DNA of 64,000 nucleotides from Haliotis rubra (lineage: Eukaryota), in the NCBI RefSeq assembly GCF_003918875.1, contig NW_025767106.1:682001-746000 (forward strand), given 5' to 3'. Positions 24,580-36,468 of the stretch are shown here, in pieces (position 1 is the stretch's first letter; each line of letters opens with the position of its first letter). Under the pieces are notes generated by a model, which saw only the letters and a program-made list of their open reading frames with translations, was not told where the DNA came from and searched no databases. Both the position numbers and the translations under genes were made by a program.

Positions 24580-24938
24580 GGTGAGGTGAGGTGAAATTGG
24601 ATTTAACGTCGTGCTTGAGAATATTTCGCTCATATGACGACGTGCATGCGCGTGTGTGTGTATGTGCGGGTGCTTGTACTAGCCAGGACTTAAGCTGGTT
24701 TTATAGTGCTAGCCCACTGAAATACCATGCCGCAGTGAAGCATGGATACCTCACTCAGACACATTATACTGACTCCGAGCCGACCAGTCCTTGTTGTACC
24801 CATTAATGCCGAGCGCCAGGCAGGGACCAACAAGTACCATATTTAAACGTCTTTTTTGGTATGACGCGGTCGGGGATCGAACCCGCGACCTTCCGCTCTC
24901 CGGGCGGACACTCTAACCACTACACCACGGAGGCGGTC
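24580..24938 (-). mobile_element. tRNA-derived SINE (RUDI/V-SINE-like), full-length
   Basis: A box TGGTGTAGTGG, B box GGTTCGATCCC, (CACCT)n tail, perfect 12-bp TSD CGTCATATCAGA. A 5'-truncated copy lies at 32550-32800. Family name is from recall. Confidence 0.85.
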
Positions 24939-26554
24939 CGTCATATCAGAATAAGAAATAATACTTATTGTTATGTTGCCTGTTGCGGTCAGTATTATGT
25001 GTCTGTGTGGGGTGTACATATAGACACCAGACCAACGCGTTTATGAACGTCATTTATTTGTTGAATAAAAATTGACGCGGCGCTATGTTCAATGTGACCT
25101 TAACTCTCATATTCATCTGTACCACATAATAACCTGCCTCACTTATACATATATGGATGTCACGCAAATTCAACCCCGTTCTAATGAAAACCATGCTTGT
25201 TTGAAACTATAAAGAAGATATATTTCCCTGTGTTGTGCACATGATTTTTTTGTGTAGGCCTTTAGCTATTTCGACCTCACACTCAAGGAGTCAACAAACA
25301 TCTACCGCATACATTTCAGCCTGAAAAAGAAAACGTGTTTATGGCGTACAGTCAGAGCAGTTAGAATGGCTGGATTGTTTTTTCCGTAGAACATATATGC
25401 ATGAACTCGTGATGATGCTTGCACACTGAATACTCGTGACGACGTCTGCATTTGTGGAGAGTGTTGTGGATGTAACTATGTAAAGTTAATACGAACATCA
25501 AGTACTTGGAAAAACGATATTATGAGAATGACCCAGACGTATGTCAGACAAACATGACATGAGGTCATATTGTGGAGACTATGTTCTCCTGCCTGCTTTG
25601 TTTACAATGCATCACGTTTAAAGTTTGCATGTGAAAGACGTACGTTTGGCCAAGGTCGTAAATGTTTACATGACCCGGAATCCCTGACAGGGCTCCCCAA
25701 AAAAACGATCTGCGCATGTTCTATTGTCTGAGCTCTTGTGTATGTTTGAAATAGGTGTATAATGATCCGTACCACGGGCAAGGGTCACCATCAAGATCCA
25801 GCACTTTACTTAACTTTACAATTTCGATGATATACCGTAAAGCCGAAGTCAAAAGATTACCCCTTCAAGAGTACATGAACTGTGATATTTTACTACTAAT
25901 TGAGTAAACCGAAACCATTTCTTGAATTTATATGTATGCTTTGAGCGTTTAAACCAAGTATTCGTGATGGAGTATTATTGTCATAAAAGAAATCAAAGTG
26001 ACCAAAGCGACAGAAGGACCTTGTATAATGTCTTCAGCAATCTGTGTGCCACTATTTAAAACTCGCAAGTTCAACGACACTTTAGGTCGCACGATATACA
26101 CAAACGGTCGTTTTGTTGACCATAGATTTTTTTAGGTTGAACACTTTTTAACCGACTAGTACTTCAATTCGTTCGTTTCTGAACAAGTGGTATGGCGTCA
26201 GAATAATGAATAATAGGCAGTGCAGACATGAACTTTGGCATGGTTTGCTTATTGGTTTCAAGGGCCCCACTGCATGCTTAAGATGTTAAACCAATACAAG
26301 GAGTTTGTCATAAACATGAATCAACTTCTATGATAGCATAATTCTATTATTACATTAGAAGATCGACCACACTGAACTTATGTCTAGTATATGGACTCTT
26401 TAATCAAAAGGAACAGGTACAAAGTGTGATATATGAATGCGTGTGACCAATTTTCAAACGAATCGTCTCCGGCCCTGCATTGTGACTGGAGTTATCAAGA
26501 TTTCACTTTCAAATTAATAGCAAAACCAAGTTATGATTGTGTCAGATGAAAGCA

Positions 26555-26690
26555 TCATGTCTGGTCATATCGTTGCAAACAAAACTTGTGAAAGAATTCT
26601 GTTCCATTTATTGTGCTCCAATTTGGAACTTGATGTGGCTGAATTTCGTAAGACCTGACATTCATGGCAGATTGTTGTGAAACCGTGTCA
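26555..26690 (+). mobile_element. Gypsy integrase relic, paralogous to 35560-35690
   Basis: MSGHIVANKTCERILFHL...LDVAEFRKT*HSWQIVVK aligns with the relic downstream of gene C. Confidence 0.65.
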
Positions 26691-26952
26691 ATGTAGAGCA
26701 GATACAACAACACAATGCTAACGACAGAGTGATGTGGGGTTTTCCTGGTACACCGCTCCAGCCTGTAATAATAACTGGACTTCTACTGTTCAAACTACAC
26801 ACTAGATGCAGCTGTAAATTACACACTTCAATAGACGCACAGTTCCATAAAAGCTGGTCTGATTATTATAATATTAACCCTGATTAAAACAGGAGAGAAC
26901 ATAGATAGTACAGAAGTCACAGTAATGTAGTACTGAAGACTGATGCACCTTG

Positions 26953-29900
26953 TTAAATCTCCAAAGTGCTGACTTTCTCTGTCTTCTTTTGACTGACATC
27001 TTCAACAGCTCTGCCAAGTTCGTAGTCTTTTCCCAAGGTCTGTACTGTGGTGTCCGCCAGTGGGGTATTATTTGTCTCGGGCAATAATACTGTTAATAAT
27101 GTGCAAAGTGCCATAGTGGATCCAACAATAACAAACGGAGGCAATAAATCCTCTCCTCCCTGAAAAGTTGATCAAAAGTAAACATTTCATTAGATTAACA
27201 ATACCAGTTGCTGTCTCAGTAACCATCAAAAGAAATAATAGGATAGTTTGATCGACTCTTTCACAATGTTAGATTGGCTTCGTCTTTTGGGGGTTCAACC
27301 GAAATCAAATTCTGACATTAAGTACCTTCATAACATAGTACAGTTTACAATAGAAAAATCGAATCTGTGAAAAGGATCTTCTCCTTGAACTGGACACCCA
27401 CTATAATGTACTCAATGTATTACTTTACTGTGCTGTTTCCTTTGCTGTCCTCAGACGTCTCCCTATTGGGACACAAACACTCAGTCCTCTCATTTTTACA
27501 AGTTAGTAGCGTTTCTTGAAGCAAACACACACCCCAACACTTACCATGGCAAAAGCATAAGGAGACACGATACTCCCTACACGGGCAGCAGTGTTTGCAG
27601 CACCATAACCTAGATTCCTGGAAGAAGGATGAAAGCAAATTACAAATCCGATTTCCAACTAGGTGCAAATGTCGGACCTATTATTACGTAAATTAAACTG
27701 GTATGGAACAGTACAGTACAGGGCACGAGGAGCACCATGGGTCACAGATGCATTGACGAGTCCACCTGTTACCCGTGCAATGGTTCTATAATAATGTACG
27801 ATCCCTATATTTGCCTAGATTTGTATTATTAATCTGTCAGAAACATAGCCATGCTCATGGCCATTGGTTTCACCCAAGCAACATTACACTTCATAATATG
27901 AAGCTTTCAAGCTGTTAGAGAATACATCATGCTGCTCCTTGGTACTAGTACCTGATAACTGTCGGGTATGTTTCACTTGTGGAAATCTGAAAGGAGTTCC
28001 AGGCTGTCGCTACTCCAAGCCTACAGATCAGAGTCATGGTTGTTGTTGCTGGTCCACGGATGCTGTCACTGGAAGCTGAAATGAGCACACATGGTACCTC
28101 AAAGTTCGAGCTTATAGCATTCATGTTGTTAATGTGTTCCCAAATAGCACCATCAACCTTCCATTTCAAGACAGAATGAGACTAGACTCTAAAGTTCTAT
28201 GTCTATCACAGAATATGTTTGTAACATATTCAGTTATTTGTTATGCCGACATCATTGCATATCAAAACGACTAATACTATTAATACTCTCCAGAGTACGA
28301 CTAATACTACTAATTTGGACAATCATTGACACGTATAAACCAGAAGAAAATACATAATCGGTCACGAAATTAATGTCCTTTGCCAACTGTTTTACTAATG
28401 CGCTCACGTGAATTAAGATACCGTTCAACTATAGAATGCGTACCGACTCTCGATATAATAGCCACTCCAAATGCCCCTATAGTAGCTACTGTAAAAAAAC
28501 GAGAACGTTGTCCATCTTCTGCCGATTCTGAAACAGTGGGAGCTTTCATTTACTGTCAACGTTTTAAAGAAGAAGTTTCAGAAAGTACATTTATATTTGG
28601 TTTGTTCAACTTTGCATTGGAAATATTCCAAAGAATAACATGTATTAACTCTTTAATACTTTACATGGAATATTGTGTGTTTCCTGCTTTTGTGTGAACA
28701 TTTTTGTTGTTGAAAAATATTAAATCCTGTCAACTCCAAAAGTATTAACATTTCAGAACAGTCTTAATTAGCTTTTTTGCCATACATGTAAACTAACATT
28801 TGTTTGTGCATTTACTGTATACCACATAGCAAACAAACCTGCTACTTAGGAAGAACACCATCACTTGTCCAGGTATTGATATGACAGAAACAAGGAACAT
28901 GTTGAGGTAAAGGTTCCCCATCAGGTTTCCCACGCCGAATGTAATTCCATAAAACGCAAACGACATGCACATCCTGTGGGGAACAATGACAATGAAAAAA
29001 TGCACTTTGGTTGTAATTATGTTCGAGTTAAGGGAAAGAACGTCTCTGAATGTCAACTCACCAGATCACCTGAATAACCAGGGATTTCCAGCAAATATTC
29101 CAGTGACGATAAATGTCAAGGTAGTTGTATTTGTGATCCGATTCCTGCCCTTTCTTTTCCACTTCTGATAGTTTCTTCAGGAGAATGGCAGTGTTGGCTG
29201 GCTTTTCTCTGTTGTTGTACCGAGCCATCTGATCTACCACCTTCTCTGCCTCCTCCAGCTTACCATGAACTGCAAGCCACCGCAAACTTTCTGGTGCCAC
29301 ACTATAGAAGGTTAACATTAGTGCCCAAACAATTCATGTACATATCATGTTGATGAAGAACGATCAATAAGAAACGAGAGAAGGCAGGTTACTGTTTTTA
29401 CTGAACAACATGATTTATTTTTGACAATGTTGATAATATTTGTGGGTTCTATAACACTTTAGAATTATGTTGCTGATCACACTTTGTGTTTACATATATA
29501 TGAACGGAAGTTACTCACAACCAACAAGCGAAGAAAGGTATATGTAAAGCTGCTAGTATGATATGTTGATCTGACCAGTCCGGACGCAGCCAACACGACA
29601 TTGCAAACAGGGCCGATCCAACTTGCCAGGTCGGAAATGCAGATGTTATCTGGCGCCAACTCCTTCCTATGAACTCCATGGCATAGGGATAACTTACCAC
29701 TAAGTTTGAACCAACCATTGCTCCAATAAGAAACCTGTAAAATGTAGATACCTGTTAGAAGTTATCCCATGCAGCTTTGTTTAAATCCATATGTTCATAG
29801 CTGCAAACCACAACCACTAACCAAACATGTTTTATAAACGTGTATGTTTTCGGACAATTATGCAAATATATTGTATCATTATATATGAACGTATTTGTTT

Positions 29901-30752
29901 ATAGTCTACCTTAGGACAATAAACATCTGCCATGACACTGAAAATGCAGCCACCAAGTTGAATCCCCCGTGTAACAACAGAGCGATGTAAAAGGTCTTCT
30001 TTCTGCCAATAACATCAGCAGACTGTCCGCTTAAGAGGGCTCCTACCAAAACACCTCCCATTTGTACTGATGTGATGAACAACCTGATTCCTGCTCTGTC
30101 GCAGACAAAGTCCCACTGAAAAGGGATTTTGAATATCACTAAGTCCGCAAGCTCTAATATCATAGAATACGGTTCAATAACATTGCGATCAATTAACACA
30201 AAACATTCACAAAATGTAGGTAACTTATAAGACGTCCTAGATTGTGTGTGGCTAGTCTTCCCGGTACTATCCCATGGGCTTGTCACACCCAATTACTATA
30301 GTAATTGTTCTTACTGTCGTTGATACTTGGCATTAAATGGATAACACATGGACTGGTCGTATTAGAGTCAATGCATTGTCTCAGACTGGAGTATGCACAC
30401 ATTCTAGCGTAGGGGTGTAAATGATTATGATATGGAGATCCTATAAATACCATGCTTCATAATATATCGAAAAAAATCTCACCTCATTTACAACTGTGTT
30501 TTTCTCCATGCTGTACACATAGGAGCATAGAGAGCTGTTGTCATCAACTGAACAGTGCTTCAATCCTGTGTAATTACTGGCGCCGCTGGTCATTTTGTTA
30601 ACACACCACCACAGTTGCGGTGTCACCCCAGCGAACGACATCATCAACATTCCCCAGGATGTGATTAGCTTTGGTCCCAAAAACAGAAAAAGTGCCAACA
30701 GCTGGAACTTGGACATTCCTCCGACTCCATCTATGATCTCATCAGAATACAT
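26953..30752 (-). CDS. SLC22-family transporter, paralogue B (complete exon set; one +1 frameshift in an A7 run, real or sequencing error)
   Basis: Exons 30752-30483, 30115-29910, 29734-29519, 29301-29062, 28973-28839, 28527-28444, 28075-27952, 27617-27545, 27159-26953. Lengths match C except 28527-28444 (84 vs 83 nt; A7 at 28493-28499). Confidence 0.8.
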
Positions 30753-31394
30753 CTTCACATGTGCTGCTCAGACTGAAACAAATAATCATCTAAATATAGT
30801 ATGACTTTACCATCGACCCTTATCTGCTGTTGTATACGATTCAAGAGATCCAGTTAAAATACCAGGTAAATCTGTGCTACCATAAATTCACAAACAGTTT
30901 ACAATAGTAATTAATATTTATTCACGGCTCATTGTGTGTGTATATATAGAGATGCTGGGTTTTGTAAATACATGCTCATTTTTGTGTGAATAACATTTTG
31001 CAATCAACAGACATCATAACATATCATGTGTTCAAGTATCACACCTGCCTGTCTGTGTAATTACATAATGTGACAGAGACCGAATTCGGGCCATAAATCA
31101 ATGCGTTTTGTTTATGGTGTATAGCCTGATTGGTGTTAAGTTCAAATTGCATGTGGTCAGTGATCGCATTTGTGTATTGAAAATTGTCATTAGCAGACAG
31201 GCAGGCAGACAAACAGGTGTCAATAAAACAAGACATTGAGTTTTGTCTGTGACAAAGACATATCTATATCACGGTTAGAAATTCTGTCAACGTTAAATAA
31301 TGACATTGCTTTTAAGTATCGAACTGAGAAAGTGACTCGGTAAGAAGAACGTGTGGTGAAATAGACAAATGAAATTATATAAACAGTTTATTTA

Positions 31395-31746
31395 CTGTCA
31401 TAACATATGAAAAGCTCGCGCCTGTGAGATATCAACAAAACATTAGGAAAATAGCTCACACCAAAGCCTTCACCGAGTATTCACCAGACAGCCCGCTTCC
31501 AAGTTGCGCGAACCTATTTCACTGCGCACGTGCTATGAGCGCAGCCCAGCTGTTGAAACCAGTTTTCCCCCGAATAGTCGGGGAAAAATTAGTGAATCGT
31601 TTGAAATCCGATTCGCGCGTTTTTTTCATCGTGTTACTTTTCAACTTTATAAGTTGAATTTGCATTTTTGATGATTTGTTTTAGTAAGTCAATACCGAAA
31701 GGTATCAGAATCTGCAAAGTTGTGTTTTAAGTTGCATGTGACCTTA
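31395..31746. mobile_element. One end of a Kolobok-like DNA transposon
   Basis: Terminus ...TTGCATGTGACCTT (reverse complement AAGGTCACATGCAA) resembles the 11747 terminus AGGTCACATAAAC. Left boundary approximate. Confidence 0.4.
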
Positions 31747-31778
31747 TAGAAATCATTCATATCAATGACGTGTTTCAG

Positions 31779-31937
31779 AGGTGGTTGGATAGCCTAGTTG
31801 TTAAAAGGTTCGCGCGTCACGCAGAAGACCTGGGTCTGATTCCCCACGTGGGTACAATGTGTGAAGCCCATTTCGGGTGTCCCCTGCCATGATATTGCTG
31901 GAATATTGCTCAAAGCAGCGTAAAACTAAACTCACCA
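31779..31937 (+). mobile_element. Short tRNA-Asp-derived SINE
   Basis: Head with GTC anticodon-like loop, A/B-box remnants and the shared GCTGGAATATTGCT tail. A degenerate copy lies at 18170-18315. Confidence 0.75.
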
Positions 31938-32024
31938 ACGTATCTCAGAAATATAAGGAATTCATTCCGATTCCTATGAAAACGTTACTGGCTTTAAAAT
32001 GTAAAGAAATGCAATGAAATTTAC

Positions 32025-32365
32025 CTGTGTTGTGCAGGTGTGCCGTCCTTTACCTAGGAGTCAACCGTCATCCACAGCATACATTTAAGTGGTTAAAAAG
32101 GAAACGTGTTTATGACGCACCATGGGAGCAAAAAGAATGGCTGGATTGTTTGTTTTTTGTATCACATGTATGTATGAATTTAAGATGATACTTGTTTTTT
32201 TGTATCACATGTATGTATGAATTTAAGATGATGTTTGCTTAAGAATCACACATATATATGGCAGACAAACGTGACATGAGGGCACATTGTTCTTCTGTCC
32301 TCTTTGTTTACAATCCATAGGTTTAAACTTTGCTTGTGAACGGCTTACGTTTGCGACACGGTCGA
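32025..32365 (-). promoter_or_regulatory. Putative non-coding first exon and proximal promoter block of paralogue B
   Basis: Conserved with A (about 25150-25660) and C (about 44860-45455); its distal part is also conserved with E (about 60440-60600). CAG|GTAAAT donor near 32025. A splice acceptor about 20 nt upstream of the ATG in A, B, C and E implies an upstream exon. Confidence 0.5.
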
Positions 32366-33819
32366 ATATTTTACCTTCCACGTATACAGGCTTACATGCA
32401 GATTTATACCTGAGATATTCAAAATTAGAAAAGACAGCTTCTTACTGTTCCTTCCAAATGTATTACACATTTAAGGTGTTGACGTGGAACAAATACCAAG
32501 AGTGTGTCATAAATATAAATTAAATTATATCATCTTGTGCATACTTCTAAGAGGTGAGGTGAGGTGAAATTGGGTTTAATGTCATGCTTGAGAATGTTTC
32601 GCTCATATGACGACGTGTGTATGTGTATGTGCGGCTGCTTGTACTAGCCCAGACTGAAGCTGGTTTTATAGTGCTAGCCCACTGAGATACCATGCCGCAG
32701 TGAAGCATGATTACCCCACTCAGACACATTATACTGACTCCGAGCCGACCAGTCCTTGGTGTACCCATTAATGCCGAGCGCCCGGCAGGGACCAACAAGG
32801 ACCAACGAACTGTGGCCACCAAAAACAGTCATGGTTCTGTCAGAAATATCAACATGAATGATAATTTTGAAACTGAAAACACGGTGTTCACGAAATTCAT
32901 GACTGAAGCCCAACAGGTACCTGAAATCACACTGGTGGCTTGCAAAATGTAGCATCCACAGAAATTCGAGGTTGTCTGTATCATTCAGTTGGTCGTTATC
33001 GGGAGAGCATGTAAGCCCCAAGTGACCAAATAACACTCGCTTTTGCAGTGTGGATCTAAGATCAACGGCCATCCATCTACTACATAGCCACAGAACAATT
33101 CGATAGTGACATGTGTTAATGAAAATGCGATCTTTTTATGGGTAAAAAAACCCCACCCAAACTGCATTTTATTTTATCTTCGCTTTTGATTAGCAACAAT
33201 AAAAACAACATATTCAGAACGAGGTTTCTAAAACTCTAAGCATTCCGTGTACTGTAAATATATAGCATTCATCGATGTAATCGATGCACGGAGCTTCACT
33301 CCTGTAAGGCGAATCGCCAGTTTGCGGTCAGCGAAGACTGGATGGGATTTTTGTGGGTAATTAAAAACTACAGCTGTGAGTAACGTACAAAATCAATACA
33401 TGAACGATTGTTTCATCTTTCATAGCAGATTGGACTTCTTCCGCCTTTTTCGTACATATACAAAAGATGGCTAAACGTTTAAAATGACCTGTAAATGAGT
33501 TCACCATGTTCCAAAGTGTTTATTCTGCCTAACCTGATGGCAGGAGTCCTGATTCTCAGAATGCCAAGGCTGTTGTTTTATAGGCTTGTGAACTGGCAGA
33601 AGTTTAGTTCTGCCGACATAAGGGACTGTTAATTCTGCTTTTTTGAGTTAGCTGGGGAGAGGACATTTTTGTTTGATTGGTGGTGTACTTCGAAGGAGGC
33701 CAGTGGTCATAGTTGCAGCAGTTGGTTACAGGCGGCAATGATGGATGATGATTGTTCGCAAACGTATAGGATAGTGTGTTAGACTATCAGATATTCAGGC
33801 AGGAATTACCACAGTGTTA

Positions 33820-34017
33820 GACGCCAGCTATATGGTGGTGGTCTGTATACAATCGAGTCTGGACCAGACAATCAAATGATCAGCAGCATGACCATTGATC
33901 TACGCTATCAGGATACGATGACATGAGTCAGCGAGCCTGACCGTCCGAACCTGTTAGTCCCATCTTGCGACAAGCATGTGTTGCTAAAGACCTATTCTTG
34001 CCCGGATCTTTACGGGT
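33820..34017 (-). mobile_element. Family M element (degenerate 3' end)
   Basis: Aligns to the other copies and has the same 5' terminus. Confidence 0.75.
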
Positions 34018-34033
34018 CTATCAATTGGAAAAG

Positions 34034-34740
34034 AGTGAGTGAGTGAGTGAATGAGTTAATATTTAACGTCACATCGGCAATAGTTCATCCATATCGTGAC
34101 GAGAACAAGTTAATCTATATCAATATTAAAATCAATAAATTTAGAACATAAAAACCTGTCATCGAATGAAAGTAAAAAAACTAGTGCATCAGAGATATAA
34201 ATTTAAACATAGTACGCTGTCATAAAATTAAATCAATATAGACAGTACAAAATAAAAACGGGCTATAGATCACCAACAACTGAAGGTAGATCACCATACT
34301 AGGGCCCATGGGGACTTACAGTACTTTGGCTACCTGCATGGACCCTAGCTGGAATTACACCATCCCTTCAGCTGCTGGCGATTATGCTGAGTTTTAGCCG
34401 TTATTAAAAACTACAAATATACTACGATTAAAAGTTTGGTAGAGCTAAATTGACTTTGATGTTTTGGGACTTACGTATCCTCTCAGGGGGACAATAATAT
34501 TACGATACTTTAATCCCCTTTGAGGATACAGCCACTAACAATCGCAGGCGCTAATTCATACTACCGTATTTAAAATAACATTCATTTCTTTACGAAACAT
34601 ATTATTCCACATTTATGTAATAATTCTATTTCCTTTAAAAATTCAATTTTTAAATGATAATTAACATTGTAAAAAAATATCCTAAACTGTTTGGACATTG
34701 AAATATTTATCCCTTGTGATGGAAAAATCAGTTGTAAAAG
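34034..34740 (-). mobile_element. 5'-truncated I/Nimb-like LINE 3' end
   Basis: (CACT)n tail, conserved 3'-UTR blocks and ORF2 C-terminus-like DFSITRDKYF...EFLKEIELL. Related fragments at 14507-14772, 23820-23990, 41146-41326, 43605-43865, 52220-52700, 59468-59730 and 63955-64000. Confidence 0.75.
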
Positions 34741-35042
34741 AGAAGACTAGCATATTGAGGAAACAATTAATGGGGTGAACATGTTTGGATGACCATGTTG
34801 TTTGTCATGAGACTTGCTCTCACAGAAATATGGAAGAAATCCCAGGTGCGTGTTGTGTTGCTACCAGTGCTTATGCTCAGCATAGATCTGGGATAAAACT
34901 GGTATTTCATGATGCATAATCTATTCTTATTGTAGGTGGCGACTAATGAGATCATGTGGTGAGAATCGCTGACTTAGTCGATGTATGACATCGTATCGCT
35001 ATTGTGTAGATGGATGATTATGGTATCAATTATCACTGGACT

Positions 35043-35125
35043 AAGGAAAACCAAGTTCTAAGGATAGTCAACTTCTTTATTGCAATGAGTGCGACCTTTC
35101 GGTGTAGGTACTAACACAACAAAGC
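35043..35125 (-). mobile_element. 83-bp Penelope-like terminal repeat fragment with 12-bp TSD
   Basis: TSD TATCACTGGACT (35031-35042, 35126-35137). Minus strand reads GTGT-TAGTACCT-ACAC-CGAAA-GGTC...AATAAA. Confidence 0.45.
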
Positions 35126-35329
35126 TATCACTGGACTGTTTGGTCTAAACTAGTTATACAGCCGACAAAAGTGCTGAGTGCTGTGTTGAACAAGCGATAC
35201 AAACTGATAGAGCTATTTTCATTTTCGGACCATGATCTGAATTAGGATGACTGACTCTTTTGTTGATCAATCGTTTGACCTGTATACATTTCTAGAGAAA
35301 GTACTCTAAACTTTGACAAATTGACTGGT

Positions 35330-36000
35330 GAGGGATTAGTTCTCAAGGGGAGAAGACCTGGATCCCAAAGTTCTTTCCAGTAGGGCTGGGGCTTTACGCA
35401 GATCTGATAGGGATCCAGTTCGCCGCTATTTTAAGGATAGTGTTTTGATGAGGAATGGGTTCATTCAGATCGACCTGCCCATAGTAAATGGGAAAATATC
35501 CAGATTGTACTCTCAAATTAATAGCAAAAACAATTTATGATTTCGGCACATGAAAGGTTCATGCCTGGTTATTTGGGTGTGAACAAAATTTGTGACAGAA
35601 TTCTGTTCCATTACTTCTGGCCCAATTTGCCAACTTGATGTTGCTGAAATTCCTAAGGCCTGACATTAATGCCAGATTGTTGTCAAACTGCTCAAGAAAA
35701 AAGGCATTCCAGAAACTTTTAGCAGGGTCATCATTGATTGTGATTGTCCTTTGCCTAAACCAAGGTCAGGTAATCAATTTGTAAATCTATGTGCTTCCAC
35801 AATGTTTCTACGGGATATTCACGTACTGAAAATTAGGGCTCAAGTAAAATTCTTAACTCTGTTTGGTTTGCCTAAGACTATAAACTCAGATGAGCGCTCC
35901 AATTTCACGGCAGATCTTTCCCGAAAGGCAATGCATCTGTCAGCCATAACTCAGGTTAAATCTTATGCATATTGTCATGAATCTTGGGGTTTCTCAGGAT
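35330..36000 (+). mobile_element. Gypsy/Ty3 LTR retrotransposon integrase relic
   Basis: AHE..PGYLGVNKICDRILFHYFWP..C (HHCC zinc domain), FSRVIIDC..PLPK.RSGNQF, FGLPKTINSDERSNFT. Multiple stops. Confidence 0.8.
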
Positions 36001-36468
36001 AAGGTCACAGTAATTTACACAAAAACATCAAGAGCGAGATTACATTCTTCTGATGTCATATTAACCATGTCTGTCATTGTCATTGTGACTGTAGTACAAA
36101 CTCTAATCTGGGGGTCTAAGAATGTTGATGGTTACATGCATACAGACATGAACCACTGCCACTTACCCAATACCAAAAGTAAACGACCGTGTCGACAGAA
36201 TTGGTCAAACTAAGTACGTCATCAAGTTTGACCGAACAAAGGTGTATTGGTATATTCGCGTGTCTCAATTTGGAGATACCAGATGGAATTAATCATTGCA
36301 AGTTTTTGCCGATACCCTTACTCATTCTATGGAGCAGGACTTGAAGAGGGTCCATGCCTTCTTCTGAAGACTCACTCAGGAAGACTTCATACATTGTTTA
36401 AGTTGGTAAGTTTATCTTTGATACATCAGAGGTCACTGTAATGTAGTATTGAAGACTGATGCACCTTG

